Positions 8,901-20,157 of a stretch of 64,000 nt of DNA are shown here, piece by piece (the stretch's first letter is position 1; every line of letters starts with the position of its first letter). Source of the stretch: Heterodontus francisci (Eukaryota); NCBI RefSeq assembly GCF_036365525.1, contig NC_090399.1, positions 32,210,430 to 32,274,429 of the forward strand, given 5' to 3'. A program made the translations under genes and the position numbers. The notes beneath the pieces are model-generated. The model was not told the origin of the DNA and did no database searches. It was given only the letters and a program-made list of their open reading frames with translations.

Positions 8901-10910
8901 ACTTGACCGGATAGATGAAGGAAGTATGTTCCCGATCGTGGGGGAGTCCAGAACCAGGGGTCATAGTCTAAGGATACGGGGTAAACCTTTCAGGACTGAG
9001 ATGAGGAGAAATTTCTTCACCCAGAGAGTGGTGAGCCTGTGGAATTTGCTACCACAGAAAGCAGTTGAGGCCAAAGCATTGTATATTTTCAAGAAGCAGT
9101 TAGATATAGCTCTTGGGTCTAAAGGAATCAAAGGATATGGGGAGAAAGCGGGAACATGTTACTGAGTTGCATGATCAGCCATGATCATAATGAATGACGG
9201 AGCAGGCTCGAAGGGCTGAATGGCCTAATCCTATTTTCTATGTTTCCCTGATTCACTCCCTCCCTCTCTGATTCTCTCTCTCTCTCTGATTCTCTCTCTC
9301 TCATTCTCTCTCTCCAATAGGACTGAATTCTGGTTCCCAGATCCTTGTTCCTGTCGGGAGTGTACTTGGGATCCTCGGGCTGATCATCGTTCTCACCATT
9401 GTTGGTGTTATCGTCTGCAAGAGGAAAGGTAGGAATTGGAGAGAATATGAACAGGACCTCACTGGGGGAGTGGGGACTGTGGGTCCTAGAGTGGGGAAGG
9501 TCCCAGAGTGTTGGGCAAGGGGGACTGTGAGGCTCAGGATGTAGGGAGTTAGGCCCTGGGTTATGAGGAGGGGCACATATTTGGAATGGAGGGTCTGGGC
9601 TGAGGGCCCAGAGTCCGAGGAGGGGTTTATTTTGGAGCGAAGAAGCTCAGGGTGAGGGCAGGGCCTAGGGTAGTTGGAGGGACCCTGGCGTGATTGGGAG
9701 GGACTCAAGGTGGTGGGTCGGGGCTCAGGCTGAGGACGAGTGGAGCAGGATAGGGGCTCAGGCTGACGATGGGGGACTGGGATTTGGGCTCAGGATGAGG
9801 TGACCGGGATCAAGGCTCAGGGTGGGGAGGAGGGGACCGGGATCGTCGCTCAGGGTGGGGAGGAGGAGACCGGGATCGGGGCTCAGGGTGGGGAGGAGGG
9901 GACCGGGATCGTCGCTCAGGGTGGGGAGGAGGAGACCGGGATCGGGGCTCAGGGTGGGGAGGAGGAGACCGGGATCGGGGCTCAGGTTGGGGACGAGGGG
10001 ACCGGGATCGTTGCTCAGGTTGGGGACGAGGGGACCGGGTATTGGGTTCAGGATGGGGAGGAGGGGGCCGGGATCGTCGCTCAGGTTGGGGACGAGGGAA
10101 CCGGGATCAGTGCTCAGGGTGGGGATGATGGGACTGGGATCGTTGCTCAGGATGGGGACGAGGGAACCGGGATCGGGGCTCAGGATGGGGACGAGGGGAC
10201 CGGGATCGTCGCTCAGGTTGGGGACGAGGAGACTGGGATCGTCGCTCAGGGTGGGGACGAGGGGACTGGGATCAGGGCTCAGGATGGGGACGAGAGGACT
10301 GGGATCGTCGCTCAGGGTGGGGACGAGGGAACCGGGATCGTCGCTCAGGGTGGGGACGAGGGGGCCAAGATCGGGGCTCAGGGTGGAGAGGGAGGCTCAG
10401 TGTGAGGGAGGGTCCTTCTCTTGCTTTGACTCAGAGTTCCCGCCTGTCTCCTCTCTGATTTTCTGTTCTCTTGTCACTCACTGAGTATTCCTTGTTTTTC
10501 AGTGACAGGGAACAGCCGCTACAGTCCTACAAAGAGTAAGCTGACCATTATACATCGTCTGGACCTCTGTGTAACTGTGAATCATTGCTCATTGTGTGTC
10601 TGATACACTCAACAGCTCATTGCTCTGTCTCCCTCCGCCTCTGTCTCTCCATCCCTGTATCTGCAAGTCTCTCTCTATCTGTCTTTGTATCTTGCGTGCT
10701 GGCTCTATCTCTGTCTCTCTCTGTCTGTATGTGCATCTGTTTGTCTGTCTCTGTCCATCTCTCTCTCTCTCTCTCTCCATCTGTCTTTGTATCTTGCTCA
10801 CTGACTCTGTCTCTGTCTCTCTGATAGTGAACAGTTTGTTAATACCTGTCCTTCCATTAACAGTTTCTGATAAAGGGGAATCCTCATCCAGCTCCTCCGC
10901 CAGTGCCTGA
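2721..10910 (+). CDS. MHC class I heavy chain, nonclassical-looking and UAA/UBA-related. Spliced CDS join(2721..2981,4073..4345,4985..5248,9321..9428,10503..10535,10864..10910); leader exon not found
   Basis: All junctions are GT-AG and phase 1. The joined frame is open for about 328 aa of mature chain and ends in TGA at 10908-10910. Domain motifs are given in the exon entries. Confidence 0.95.
3163..3790 (-). mobile_element. Tx1/L1-type LINE 3' end in MHC intron 2
   Basis: C-terminal peptide LVFQ...ECCRLAHSKVQDYMLRDALKLGAAATKAQWGK, then AATAAA and an A-rich end on the - strand near 3165-3190. Confidence 0.7.
3820..4070 (+). repeat. About 5 diverged ~50-bp tandem units GTGGGCGGGGTCTCCCAGTGGGACTGGGTCTGATTGGCTG
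   Basis: Direct repeats visible up to the exon 3 acceptor. Confidence 0.8.
4073..4345 (+). CDS. MHC class I exon 3, alpha2 domain
   Basis: gacag|GG...G|gtaagt, 273 nt. IHTYQMLIGCDL...WDGRDFMSFD...RW...HYLEEECIEWLRKFLQYG, with the C101/C164 pair. Confidence 0.96.
4395..4882. mobile_element. Non-autonomous DNA element (MITE-like), family with GGCTGGA(A)TTTT...AAAATTCCAGCC ends
   Basis: The right end aaaaattccagcc matches the termini of the elements at 41876-42405 and 57750-58579. GC-rich interior. Confidence 0.55.
4985..5248 (+). CDS. MHC class I exon 4, alpha3 Ig C1-set domain
   Basis: cacacag|TC...G|gtaaga, 264 nt. LSCVVTGFYPQAIEVTLWRDG...LPNHDRTYQ...YSCRVEHSGL. Confidence 0.96.
5465..6819 (+). 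repeat. Polypyrimidine compound mini/microsatellite, including about 13 copies of the 24-bp unit GGATCCTCCCTCCATTTCTCTCTC and a 20-bp unit CCCTGATTCTCCCTCTCGTT
   Basis: Tandem units directly visible; almost purely C/T on the + strand. Confidence 0.95.
6820..9246 (+). mobile_element. CR1 LINE, 5'-truncated with the endonuclease internally deleted, in MHC intron 4
   Basis: CLNAWSIRNK, GNYRPVSLTS, YLDFQKAF, GVPLGSVLGP, KFADDTKL, RPHLEYCVQFWSP; ends in a CTATTTTCTATGTTTC tail; contains stops and frameshifts. Confidence 0.95.
9321..9428 (+). CDS. MHC class I exon 5, connecting peptide and transmembrane segment
   Basis: ccaatag|GA...G|gtagga, 108 nt. GLNSGSQILVPVGSVLGILGLIIVLTIVGVIVCKRK: a hydrophobic helix followed by a basic stop-transfer sequence. 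Confidence 0.92.
9770..10395 (+). repeat. G-rich 33-bp minisatellite GACCGGGATCGTCGCTCAGGGTGGGGAGGAGGG, about 18 copies, in MHC intron 5
   Basis: Tandem units; 11-aa periodicity in the ORF track (GTGIVAQGGDE). Confidence 0.95.
10503..10535 (+). CDS. MHC class I exon 6, cytoplasmic Tyr-motif exon
   Basis: tttttcag|TG...A|gtaagc, 33 nt. VTGNSRYSPTK; length and Tyr position are typical of class I exon 6. Confidence 0.88.
10620..10825 (+). repeat. (CT/CTGT)n low-complexity tract with an internal ~100-bp duplication, in MHC intron 6
   Basis: atctgtctttgtatcttgc occurs twice, at about 10677 and 10779. Confidence 0.7.
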
Positions 10911-10911
10911 G
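10864..10911 (+). CDS. MHC class I exon 7, Ser-rich cytoplasmic tail with stop codon
   Basis: taacag|TT...TGA G|gtatga. ISDKGESSSSSSASA*; a donor follows 1 nt after the stop. Confidence 0.88.
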
Positions 10912-10947
10912 GTATGAATCGTGTTTATCAGTAGTGTGAGCAGATCC

Positions 10948-13060
10948 TTTTTTTGTCCATGTTTGAAGCAAGGCTGTAATGAGGTCAGGAGCTGAGTGGC
11001 CCTGGCGGAAACCAAACTGAGCATCACTGAGCAGGTTATTGCGAAGCAAGTGCTGCTTGATGGCACTGTTGATGACACCTTCCATCACTTTACTGATGAT
11101 TGAGAGTAGGCTGATGGGGCGGTAATTGGCCAGGTTGGACTTGCCCTGCTTTTTGTGTACAGGACATACCTGGGCAATTTTCCACATTGCCGGGTAGATG
11201 CCAGTGTTGTAGCTGTACTGGAACAGCTTGGCTAGGGGTGCGGCAAGTTCTGGAGCACAGGTCTTCAGTACTATTGCCGGAATATTGTCAGGGCCCACAG
11301 CTTTTGCAGTATCCAGTGCTTTCAGTCATTTCTTGATATCACGTGGAGTGAATCGAATTGGCTGAAGTCTGGCATCTGTGATGCTGGGGACTTCACGGGA
11401 GGCCGAGATGGATCATCAACTCGGCACTTCTGGCTGAAGATTGTTGCAAATGCTTCAGCCTTGTCTTTCGCACTGATGTGCTGGGCTCCCCCATCATTGA
11501 GGATGGGATACTTGTGGAGCCACCTCCTCCAATTAGTTGTTTAATTGTCCGCCACCATTCACGGCTGGATGTGGCAGGACTGCAGAGCTTAGATCTGATC
11601 CGTTGGTTATGGGATCGCTTAGCTCTGTCTTTCTTAGCTTTGCTTACACAGTTTGGCATGCAGATAGTCCTGTGTTGTTGTAGCTTCACCAGGTTGACAC
11701 CTCATTTTGAGGTATGCCTGGTGCTGCTCCTGGCATGCCCTCCTGCACTGTTCATTGAACCAGGGTTGGTCTCCTGCCTTGATGGTAATGGTAGGGTGGG
11801 GGATATGCCGAGCCATGAGGTTACAGATTGTGGTTGAGTACAATTCTGCTGCTGCTGATGGCCCACAGCACCTCATGGATGCCCAGTTTTGCATTGCTAG
11901 ATCTGTTGTAAATCTACCCCATTTAGCACGGTGGTAGTGCCACACAACATGATGGACGGTATCCTCAATGTGAAGGTATCCTCAATGTGAAGGCGGGACT
12001 TCGTCTGCACAAGTACTGTGCGGTGGTCACTCCTACCGATACTGTCATGGACAGAATAATCTACGGCAGGCAGATTGGTGAGGACGAGGTAAAGTATGTT
12101 TTTCCCTCGTGTTGGTTCCCTCACCACCTGCCACAGACCCAGCCTACCAGCTATGTCCTTTAGGACTCGGCCAGCTCGGTCAGTAGTGGTGCTACCGAGC
12201 CACTCTTGGTGATGCACATTGAAGTCCCCCACCCAGAGTACATTTTGTGCCCTTGCCACCCTCAGTGCTTCCTCCAAGTGGTGTTCAACATGGAGGAGAA
12301 CTGACTCATCAGCTGAGGGAGGGTGGTAGGTGGTAATCAGTAGGAGGTTACCTTGCCCATGTTTGACCTGATGCCATGAGACGTCATGGGTCGATGTTGA
12401 GGACTCCCAGGGCAACTCCCTCCCTACTGTATACGACAGTGCCACCACCGCTGGTGGGTCTGTCCGGCCGGTGGGACAGGACATACCCGGGGATGGTGAT
12501 GGCAGTGTCTGGGACATTGTCTGTTAGGTATGATTCCGTGAGTATGACTATGTCAGGCTGTTGCTTGACTAGTCTGTGGGACAGCTCTCCCAACTTTGGC
12601 ACAAGCCCCCAGATGTTAGTAAGGAGGACTTTGCAGGGTCGACAGGGCTGGGTTTGCCGTTGTCGTTTCCGGTGCCCAGGTCGATGCTGGGTCGTCCGTC
12701 CGGTTTCATTCCTTTTTATTGACTTCGTAGCAGTTAGGTACAACTGAGTGACTTGCTAGGCCATTTCAGAGGGCATGTAAGAGTCAACCACATTGCTGTG
12801 GGTCTGGAGTCACATGTAGGCCAGACTAGGTAAGGACGGCAGATTTCCTTCCCTAAAGGACATTAGTGAACCAGATGTGTTTTTACAACAATCAACAATG
12901 GTTTCATGGCCATTATTAGACTAGCTTTTAATTCCAGATTTATTAATTAAATTCAAATTCCACCTTCTGCTGTGATGGGATTCGAACCCATGTCCCCAGA
13001 GAAATACCCTGGGTCTCTGGGTTACTAGTCCAGTGATAATACCAGTATGTAAATACCACT
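10948..13060 (-). mobile_element. Non-LTR retrotransposon (APE endonuclease + RT, CR1/L2-superfamily-like) with a tRNA-like 5' head, 3'-truncated
   Basis: EN: TNIWGL..DIVILTES..GDFNVHH..SDH. RT: GPDNIPAIVLKTCAPELAAPL..NYRPISLLS..QFGFRQGHS. Box-B-like GGTTCGAATCCC on the - strand at about 12977-12988. Confidence 0.9.
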
Positions 13061-13074
13061 GCCTACCCTATATG

Positions 13075-14150
13075 TCCACAGGTCTCTGGAGGTGGCTGAA
13101 CAAGTAGATAAGGTGATCAAGAATTCAGCATACTTTTCTTTATTAGTTGAGGTATAGAATGTAAGAGCAGGGAGGTTATGCTAGAACTGTATAAAACCAG
13201 ACCACAGGTATACTGCTTGCAGTTCTAGTCACCGCATTACAGGAAGGATGTGATCGCAGTAGAGAGGGTACAGAAGAGATTTACAAGGCTGTTGCCAGGA
13301 GCGGAGAATTTTAGCTATGAGCAAAGATTGGATAGGCTGTGATTGTTTTCTTCGGAACAGAAGAGGCTGAGAGGAGATTTAATTGAGGTGTATAACATAA
13401 TAAGGGGCCAAGATAAAGTGGATCGGAAGGACCTATTTCCCTTACAAGAGAGGTCAATAACCAGGGGACATTGATTGAAAGTAATTGGTGAAAGGATTAG
13501 AGGAGAACTGAGGGATGTTTTCACCCACAGCATGGTGGAGGGTCTGGAAATCACTGCCTGAAAGGGTGGGAGAGGCAGAAACCCTCATGGGTGCTGCAGC
13601 CTACAGGGCTACAGACCAAGAACTGGAAGGTGGGATTTGGCTGGATGGCTCTTTCTTAATGGCACAGACACGAACATTAAGGAGGTTGTTGCTGGGCACT
13701 TTGGAAAAACTCAAGGTAATCGGGAAAAAGTCAGCATGGCTTTGTGAAATGGAAATCATGTTTAATCAATTTATTGGAGTTCTTTGATGGAGTAACATGC
13801 ACTGTGGATAAAGGGGGAGCCCGTTAACGTACTGTACTTGGATTTCTAGAAGGCATTTGACAAGGTGCCACATAAAAGGTTATTGCACAAAGTAGGAGCT
13901 CATGGTGTAAGGGGTAACATGTTAGCATGGCTAGAAGATTGGCTGGCTGGCAGAAAACAGAGAGTATGCATAAATGGGGCATTTTCTGATTGACAGAAAG
14001 TGACGAGTGGAGTCCCGCAGGGGTCTGTGCTGGGGCCTCAATGTTTTACAGTGTATATCAATGAGTTAGATGAGGGGAGCGATAGCATTGTAGCTAAATT
14101 TGCAGATGACACAAAGATAGGTAGGAAAGTATGTTGTCAAGAGGGTTAAA
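13075..14150 (+). mobile_element. Two CR1 fragments: a 3' end followed by an RT core
   Basis: CR1 3' motifs at 13075-13680; YLDF.KAFDKVPH, GVPQGSVLGP and KFADDTKIG at 13690-14150. Confidence 0.85.
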
Positions 14151-14489
14151 ATGGGTTATAAAGAAATTAAATGGGGTCTGAAAATGTTTATGAAAAGGAG
14201 ATAAAGTGGTTTAATCAGAGGGCCAGGTTCTGTGGGAAAAATGCGTCTCACAGGAAGTGACCTCATCGCACAGACCGATATCCAACATGGCCACCACCCC
14301 CACCTTGCCCACGCCTGGAGATAAGAGAGACAAAAACACAAAGAAATAAAGGTAAAGAGAGTGAGAGCGGGACAGAGACAGAAAGAGAGAGAGAGAGAGA
14401 AATAAAAGCAGAGTGAGGGAGGGACTGAGAGAGACAGAAACACAAAGGAAGAGAAATGAAGCATTAGCCGAGATCTTTGTGCTCAAGTC

Positions 14490-15510
14490 TCTGGAATGAA
14501 CATAGGAGTAGGCCATTCAGCCCATCAGGCCTGCTCCGCCATTCAGTATGATCATGGCTGATCATCCACTTCAATGCCTTTTTCCCACACTATTCTCAAT
14601 ATCCCCTTATGTCACTGGTATTTAGAAATCTGTCAATCTCTGCTTTAAACATACTCAATGACTGAGCTTCCACAGCCCTCTGGGGTAGAGAATTCCAAAG
14701 ATTCACAACCCACCGAGTAAAGACATTTCTCCTCATCTCTGTCCTAAGTGATTCATTTTGGAAGGTCGAATTTGAATGCGGAATACAGGCTTAAAGACAG
14801 GGTTCTTGGTAGTGTGGAGGAACAGAGGGATCTTGGGGTCCATGTCCATAGATCGCTCAAAGTTGCCACCCAAGTTGATAGGGTTGTTAAGAAGGCGTAT
14901 GGTGTGTTGGCTTTCATTAGCAGGGGGATTGAGTTTAAGAGCCGCGAGGTTATGCTGCAGCTCTATAAGGCCCTGGTTCGACCACACTTGGAATATTGTG
15001 TTCAGTTCTGATTGCCTCGTTATAGGAAGCTTTAGAGAGGGTGCAGAGGAGATTTACCAGGATGCTGCCTGGACTGGAGGGCATGTCCTACGAAGAAAGA
15101 TTGAGGGAGCTAGGGATTTTCTCATTGGAGCGAAGAAGGATGAGAGGTGACTTGATAGAGGTGTACAAGATGATGAGAGGCATAGATAGAGTGGATAGCC
15201 AGAGACTTTTTCCCAGGGTGGAAAGGGCTATCACCAGGGGGCATAATTTTAAGGTGATTGGAGGAAGGTTTCGGGGAGATGTCAGAGGTAGGTTCTTTAA
15301 ACAGAGAGTGGTGGGTGCGTGGAATGCGCTGCCAGCGGTGGTAGTAGAAGCAGATACATTAGGGACATTTAAGCGACTCTTGGATAGGTACATGGATGAT
15401 AGTAGAATGAAGGGTAGGTAGTTAGTTTGATCTTACAGTAGGTTAATAGGTTCGGCACAACATCGTGGGCTGAAGGGCCTGTACTGTGCTGTACTGTTCT
15501 ATGTTCTTAG
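14490..15510. mobile_element. Back-to-back CR1 3' ends (14490-14748 on -, 14748-15510 on +)
   Basis: The + part encodes IHFGRSN...RPHLEYCVQF...RGHNFKV and ends with a ctgtactgttctatgttc tail. The - part is a CR1 3' UTR. Confidence 0.85.
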
Positions 15511-18500
15511 TGGTTGGCATTAAGCCAGGGATGTGGTGGGCAGGGTGTAGGGGTGGGCGGGAGGTGGGGAGGGGGTGCGGTGGGTGGTGCCTCGAACACG
15601 TGGAGAGGTTGCCCAGTAAAATGAGGCAAACTCTCTACAGGATTGGGGAAGTGGAGGCGGGTGCTTATCCTTCGGTAATCTGTGGCCCACGAACTGTTAA
15701 TTGCCCGGGCGCCATTAAATAGAGTTGGGTGGGGGGATGGGGGGAGGAGGGGTGTTGCTCTGAGGTAGGATTTTCGGCATATTTTCAGCCGGCACCAGGA
15801 GACTGCCAGTGCAACTAAATTCAGCCCCATGTCTTTTTTTAAACTGTTTTTGTCTCCATCATAGGTGGCATCATTTAAAAAAAAAATATCTGAAGCATTC
15901 ACAGCCATCATCAGCAGAATTATTGAGAGGATCATCCATCTCAGCCTCCATTCGAACCCCTCACCATCACAGATGCCAGTCTACAGCCAATTTGATTCAC
16001 ATGGTGTCAAGAAAACACTGGATACACCAAAGGCTAAGGGCCCTGACAACATTCCAGCTGCTGAACTGAAGACCTGTCCTCTAGCATTAGCCACGTCTTT
16101 AGCCAAGCTGTTCCAGTACAGCTACAACACTGGCATTTAACAGATGAAGTGTAAAATTGCCCAGCGATGTCCTGCCCACAAAAAGCAGTCCCACCAATTA
16201 CCAGCCTTATTCAATCATCAGAACAATGATAGAAGGTGTCATCGACAATGACATTTCCTCACCAATCATCTGCTCACTGATGCTCAGTTTGGAATCTGCC
16301 AGGACCACTCAGCTCCAGACCTCATTACAGACTTAGTCCAAACATGGACATCAGAGCTGAATTCCAGAGGTGAGAGTCACTGTCCTTAACATCAATGCAG
16401 CATCTGACTGTGTATGGCATCAAAGAGTCCTAGCAAAATTTATGTCAATGGGTTTAAGGGGCAAAACTCTCCACTGTCTGGAGTCATACCCAACACAAAG
16501 GAATCTTAGAGGCCAATCATATGTTCCTAAGGGCAGTGTCCGAGGCCCAACCATCATTAGCCGCTTCATCAATGACCTTCCATCCATCATTAGGTCAGAA
16601 GTGAGGATGATCACTGATGACTGCACAGCGTTCAGCTCCATCTGTAACTCCTCAGATACTGAAGCAGTCTGTGTCGAAATGCAGCAAGACCTGGACAACA
16701 TCCAGGCTTGGGCTGATCAGTGGCAAGTAACATTCTTGCCACACAAATACCAGGCAATGCCCATCTCCGACAAGCGAGAGTCTAACCATCACCTCTTGTC
16801 ATCCAAAGGCATTACCATCATTGAATCCCCCACCATCAACATCTTAGGAATCACCATTGACCAGAGACTTAACTGGAACAGCTACATAAATGATGTGGCT
16901 ACAAATGAAGGTTAGAGACTGAAGATTCTGCAACAGGTAACTCACCACCTGACTCCCCAAAGCCTGTCCGCTACCTTCAAGGTACAAGGCCAGGTGTGAT
17001 GAAATATTCTCCACGTAGCTGAGTCTATGCAGTTCCAACAACATTTAAGAAGCTCAACACCATCCAGGGAAAAGCAGTCTGCTTGATCAGCATCTCCTCC
17101 GCCACCTTAAACACTCACTCCCTCCACCAGCGTATCGTGGCTACAAGAACTCAGAATGAACTCTGGCTGGGACACATCAATCTCCATAACCAAGAGTGGC
17201 TTGGTAGTAACACCACTGACTGAACTGACCGAGTCCTGACAGAGCTGCCAGATTGAAACAATCAACACAAAGGAAAAATCATCTTGGTCTTATCCTCACA
17301 GATCTATCTGTCACAGATGCATTTGTCCATGACAGTGTTGACAGGAGTGACAAATGCACAGTCCATGTGGAGATAAAGTCCCATCCTCAGTGACATCCAC
17401 AGCACATGAATGGGTCAAAAAAAAAATAAACAGTAATCCAATTCATCAGCAGCTGATCCACCATCTTAAACTTTCACTCACTCCACCACCAATGCACCAT
17501 GGCTGCAAGGGCACAGGATGTATCAGAGACTTCAATTTCCATCACCATGAGTGACTCGGTGGCACCACCACTGACTGAGCTAGCTGAGTCCTGATGGACA
17601 GAACTGCTAAACTGGGCATCACTGAGAGAACAATACTTGATCTCATCCTCTCCAATCTACCTGTCGCAGATCTATCTGTCTGTAACATTCTTGATACAAG
17701 TGAATACCACACTGTCCTTGTGGAGACAATGTCCCGTCTTCACACTGAGGACACCCTGCATTGTGTTGTGTGGCACTACCACCATGCTCAATGGGACAGT
17801 TTAAGAACAGACCCAGTAGCTCACAAGAAATTGTGGGCCACCAGCAGTAGCAGAATTACATTCCAACTTAAATCTCTAACCTGACAGCCAGACATGGCCA
17901 TCTCTCTACCATTAGTATCAAGCCAGATGACCAGCCCTGGTTCAATGAGGAGTCTCAGCACCAGGTGTACCCGAAAAAAGGTACCAACCTGCTGAAGCTA
18001 CAACACATGCATGTTAAACAGTGGACGCAGCATGTTATAGACCGAGCTAAACCATCCTATAACCAATGGATTAGATCAAAGAACTGCAGCCTTGCCACAT
18101 CCAGTTGTGAATGGTGGTGAGCAATTAAACAACTAACCAGAGGAGGAGGCTCCATGGACATCCCCATCCTCAATGATGGGGGAGCCCAGCAGGTGGGTTA
18201 AAATTACAAGGCTGAAATGATCACACCCACCTTCAGACAGAAGGCAGACAGAGTAAATGATTCTTCTTGACCTCCTCCTGAGGTCCCCATCATCACAGAT
18301 GCCAGTCTTCAGCCAATTCAATACACTCCATGTGATATCAAGATATGGCTCAAAGCTCTGGATACAGCAACGATTAAGGGCTCCACAATATCCTGGCTGT
18401 AGTCCTTAATGCTTGTGTTCCAGAACTAGCCGCATACCTAGCCAAGCTGTACAACTACAACACTGGCAACTAGTGGATGAAGTGTAAAATTGCCCAGGTA

Positions 18501-19308
18501 CGTCCTGATCACAAAAAAAGGACAAAACCAAGCTGGTCAATTACAGCCCCATCAACCCACATTCAATCATTAGCAAAGTGATGGAAGGTGTCATCGACAG
18601 TGTTATCAAGCGACACTTACTCACCAATAACCTGCTTGCCAGTGCTCAATTTGGGTTCTGCCGGGGCCACTTGGCTCCAGGCCTTATTACATCCTAGGTC
18701 CAAACATGGACAAAAGAGCTGAGTTCCAAAGGTGAGGTGAGGTGAGAGTGACTGCCCTTGACATCAAGGCAGTATTTGACTGGATGTGGCATCAAGGAGC
18801 CCTAGTAAAACTGAAGTCAATGGGAATCATGGAAATCTCTCCACTGGCTGGAGTCATACCTAGCACAAAGGAAGATGGTAGTGGTTGTTGGAGGCCAAAT
18901 CATCTCAGCACCAGGATATCACTGCTGAAGTTCCTCAGGGCAGTGTCCCAGAGTCAACCATCTTCAGCTGTTTCATGCCACAGTGTGGTCTGAAGTGGGG
19001 TGTTTGTTGATGATTGCTCAGTTCCATTCTCAATTTCTCAGAAAATGAAGCAGTCTGTGCCTGCCTGCAGCAAGACCTGGACAGCATCCAGCTTGGGCTG
19101 ATAAATGGCAAGTAACATTCACGCCACACAAGTGCCAAGCAATGACCATCTCCAACAAGAGTCTAACCACCTCCCCTTGTCATTCAATGTCATTACCATC
19201 ATTGAATTGCCCACCACCAACATCCTGACCAGAAACTTAACTGAGCCCAGTCCCATCAATGATGTGGCTGCAAGAGCAGGTCAGAGGCTGGGAATTCTGT
19301 GGTGAGTG

Positions 19309-20157
19309 TGTCAGATATTTCACAGCTTGGTGCAATATCTTAAAATGTATAAGCTTAATTAGAACTGATTATGAAAAGTAACAATGCTTTAAAATATTGT
19401 TAAAGTAACAATAATATGTGTAAGCTCAGTTAAACATGGTCTGAGGCTGAGAAGCAAAGCCTGATACTCAGTCAAGGTTATGATCAAAAACAATCTGGCA
19501 ATGAAAAACAAACCTTGTGTGAAATGTGAAAAGAATGTCGTGGGATGTTTGAAACTAAAAGATAATCAAAATAGATCATCAATTAATTGCAATTAAAACA
19601 GAAGGATTCAACTTTCTAAGATCTGTTATCACTAGAGTAAAAGGCTTTGCTGTAACTCGTAACAACTGTTTGTATGAAGTTTTTAAATAAGGAATAACTA
19701 TGTTGTAAGAATGCAAGAAAATGGAACAAATACCAGAAAATTAAGCATCAATTTAATGTAAATTTAAAAAAATGATTAAACAGAATGAGTAAGATAGTCC
19801 AGGCAATTGTTAGTTGCCACATAGGCTCGAAGGAAAAAGCGGATACAAAAGAACAGCTATTGAACGTGAGAAGCAGCACAAGAACCCAGAGGAAGAAAGA
19901 AGAGAATCTTCAGTCAACAGAAAGAGAAAGAGAGACCCCACCGCAGTCACTCAAAGGTTCACCACTGAGGTTCTGAGGAACAAACTGTGACTATTGTTTT
20001 GGTTAAGTATTACTACTTTGCACTGAATATAAATTACTTAATAAATCTGCTATGATTATAGCCAATACCTACCTGTACACATAGTGGTTTGGTGTAGTCA
20101 CGGACAAGTCACCCTGGTTGGATTGAACTGAATCGTGAAAGTAGCAGAAAAGCTACA
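19309..20157 (+). mobile_element. Solo LTR, 849 bp
   Basis: Ends TG...CA, flanked by a 4-bp TSD AGTG (19305-19308 and 20158-20161); AATAAA near 20040; splits the LINE sequence gtgagtg|actcac. Confidence 0.85.

Noticed and set aside
9800-10484. 201-aa and 220-aa repeat ORFs
   Set aside because: A stop-free 33-bp VNTR inside a well-defined intron, with GTG/ATG starts arising by chance.
2721-10910. Assigning a lineage symbol (UAA or UBA)
   Set aside because: The backbone resembles shark UAA/UBA but the anchors are nonclassical; lineage needs a tree.
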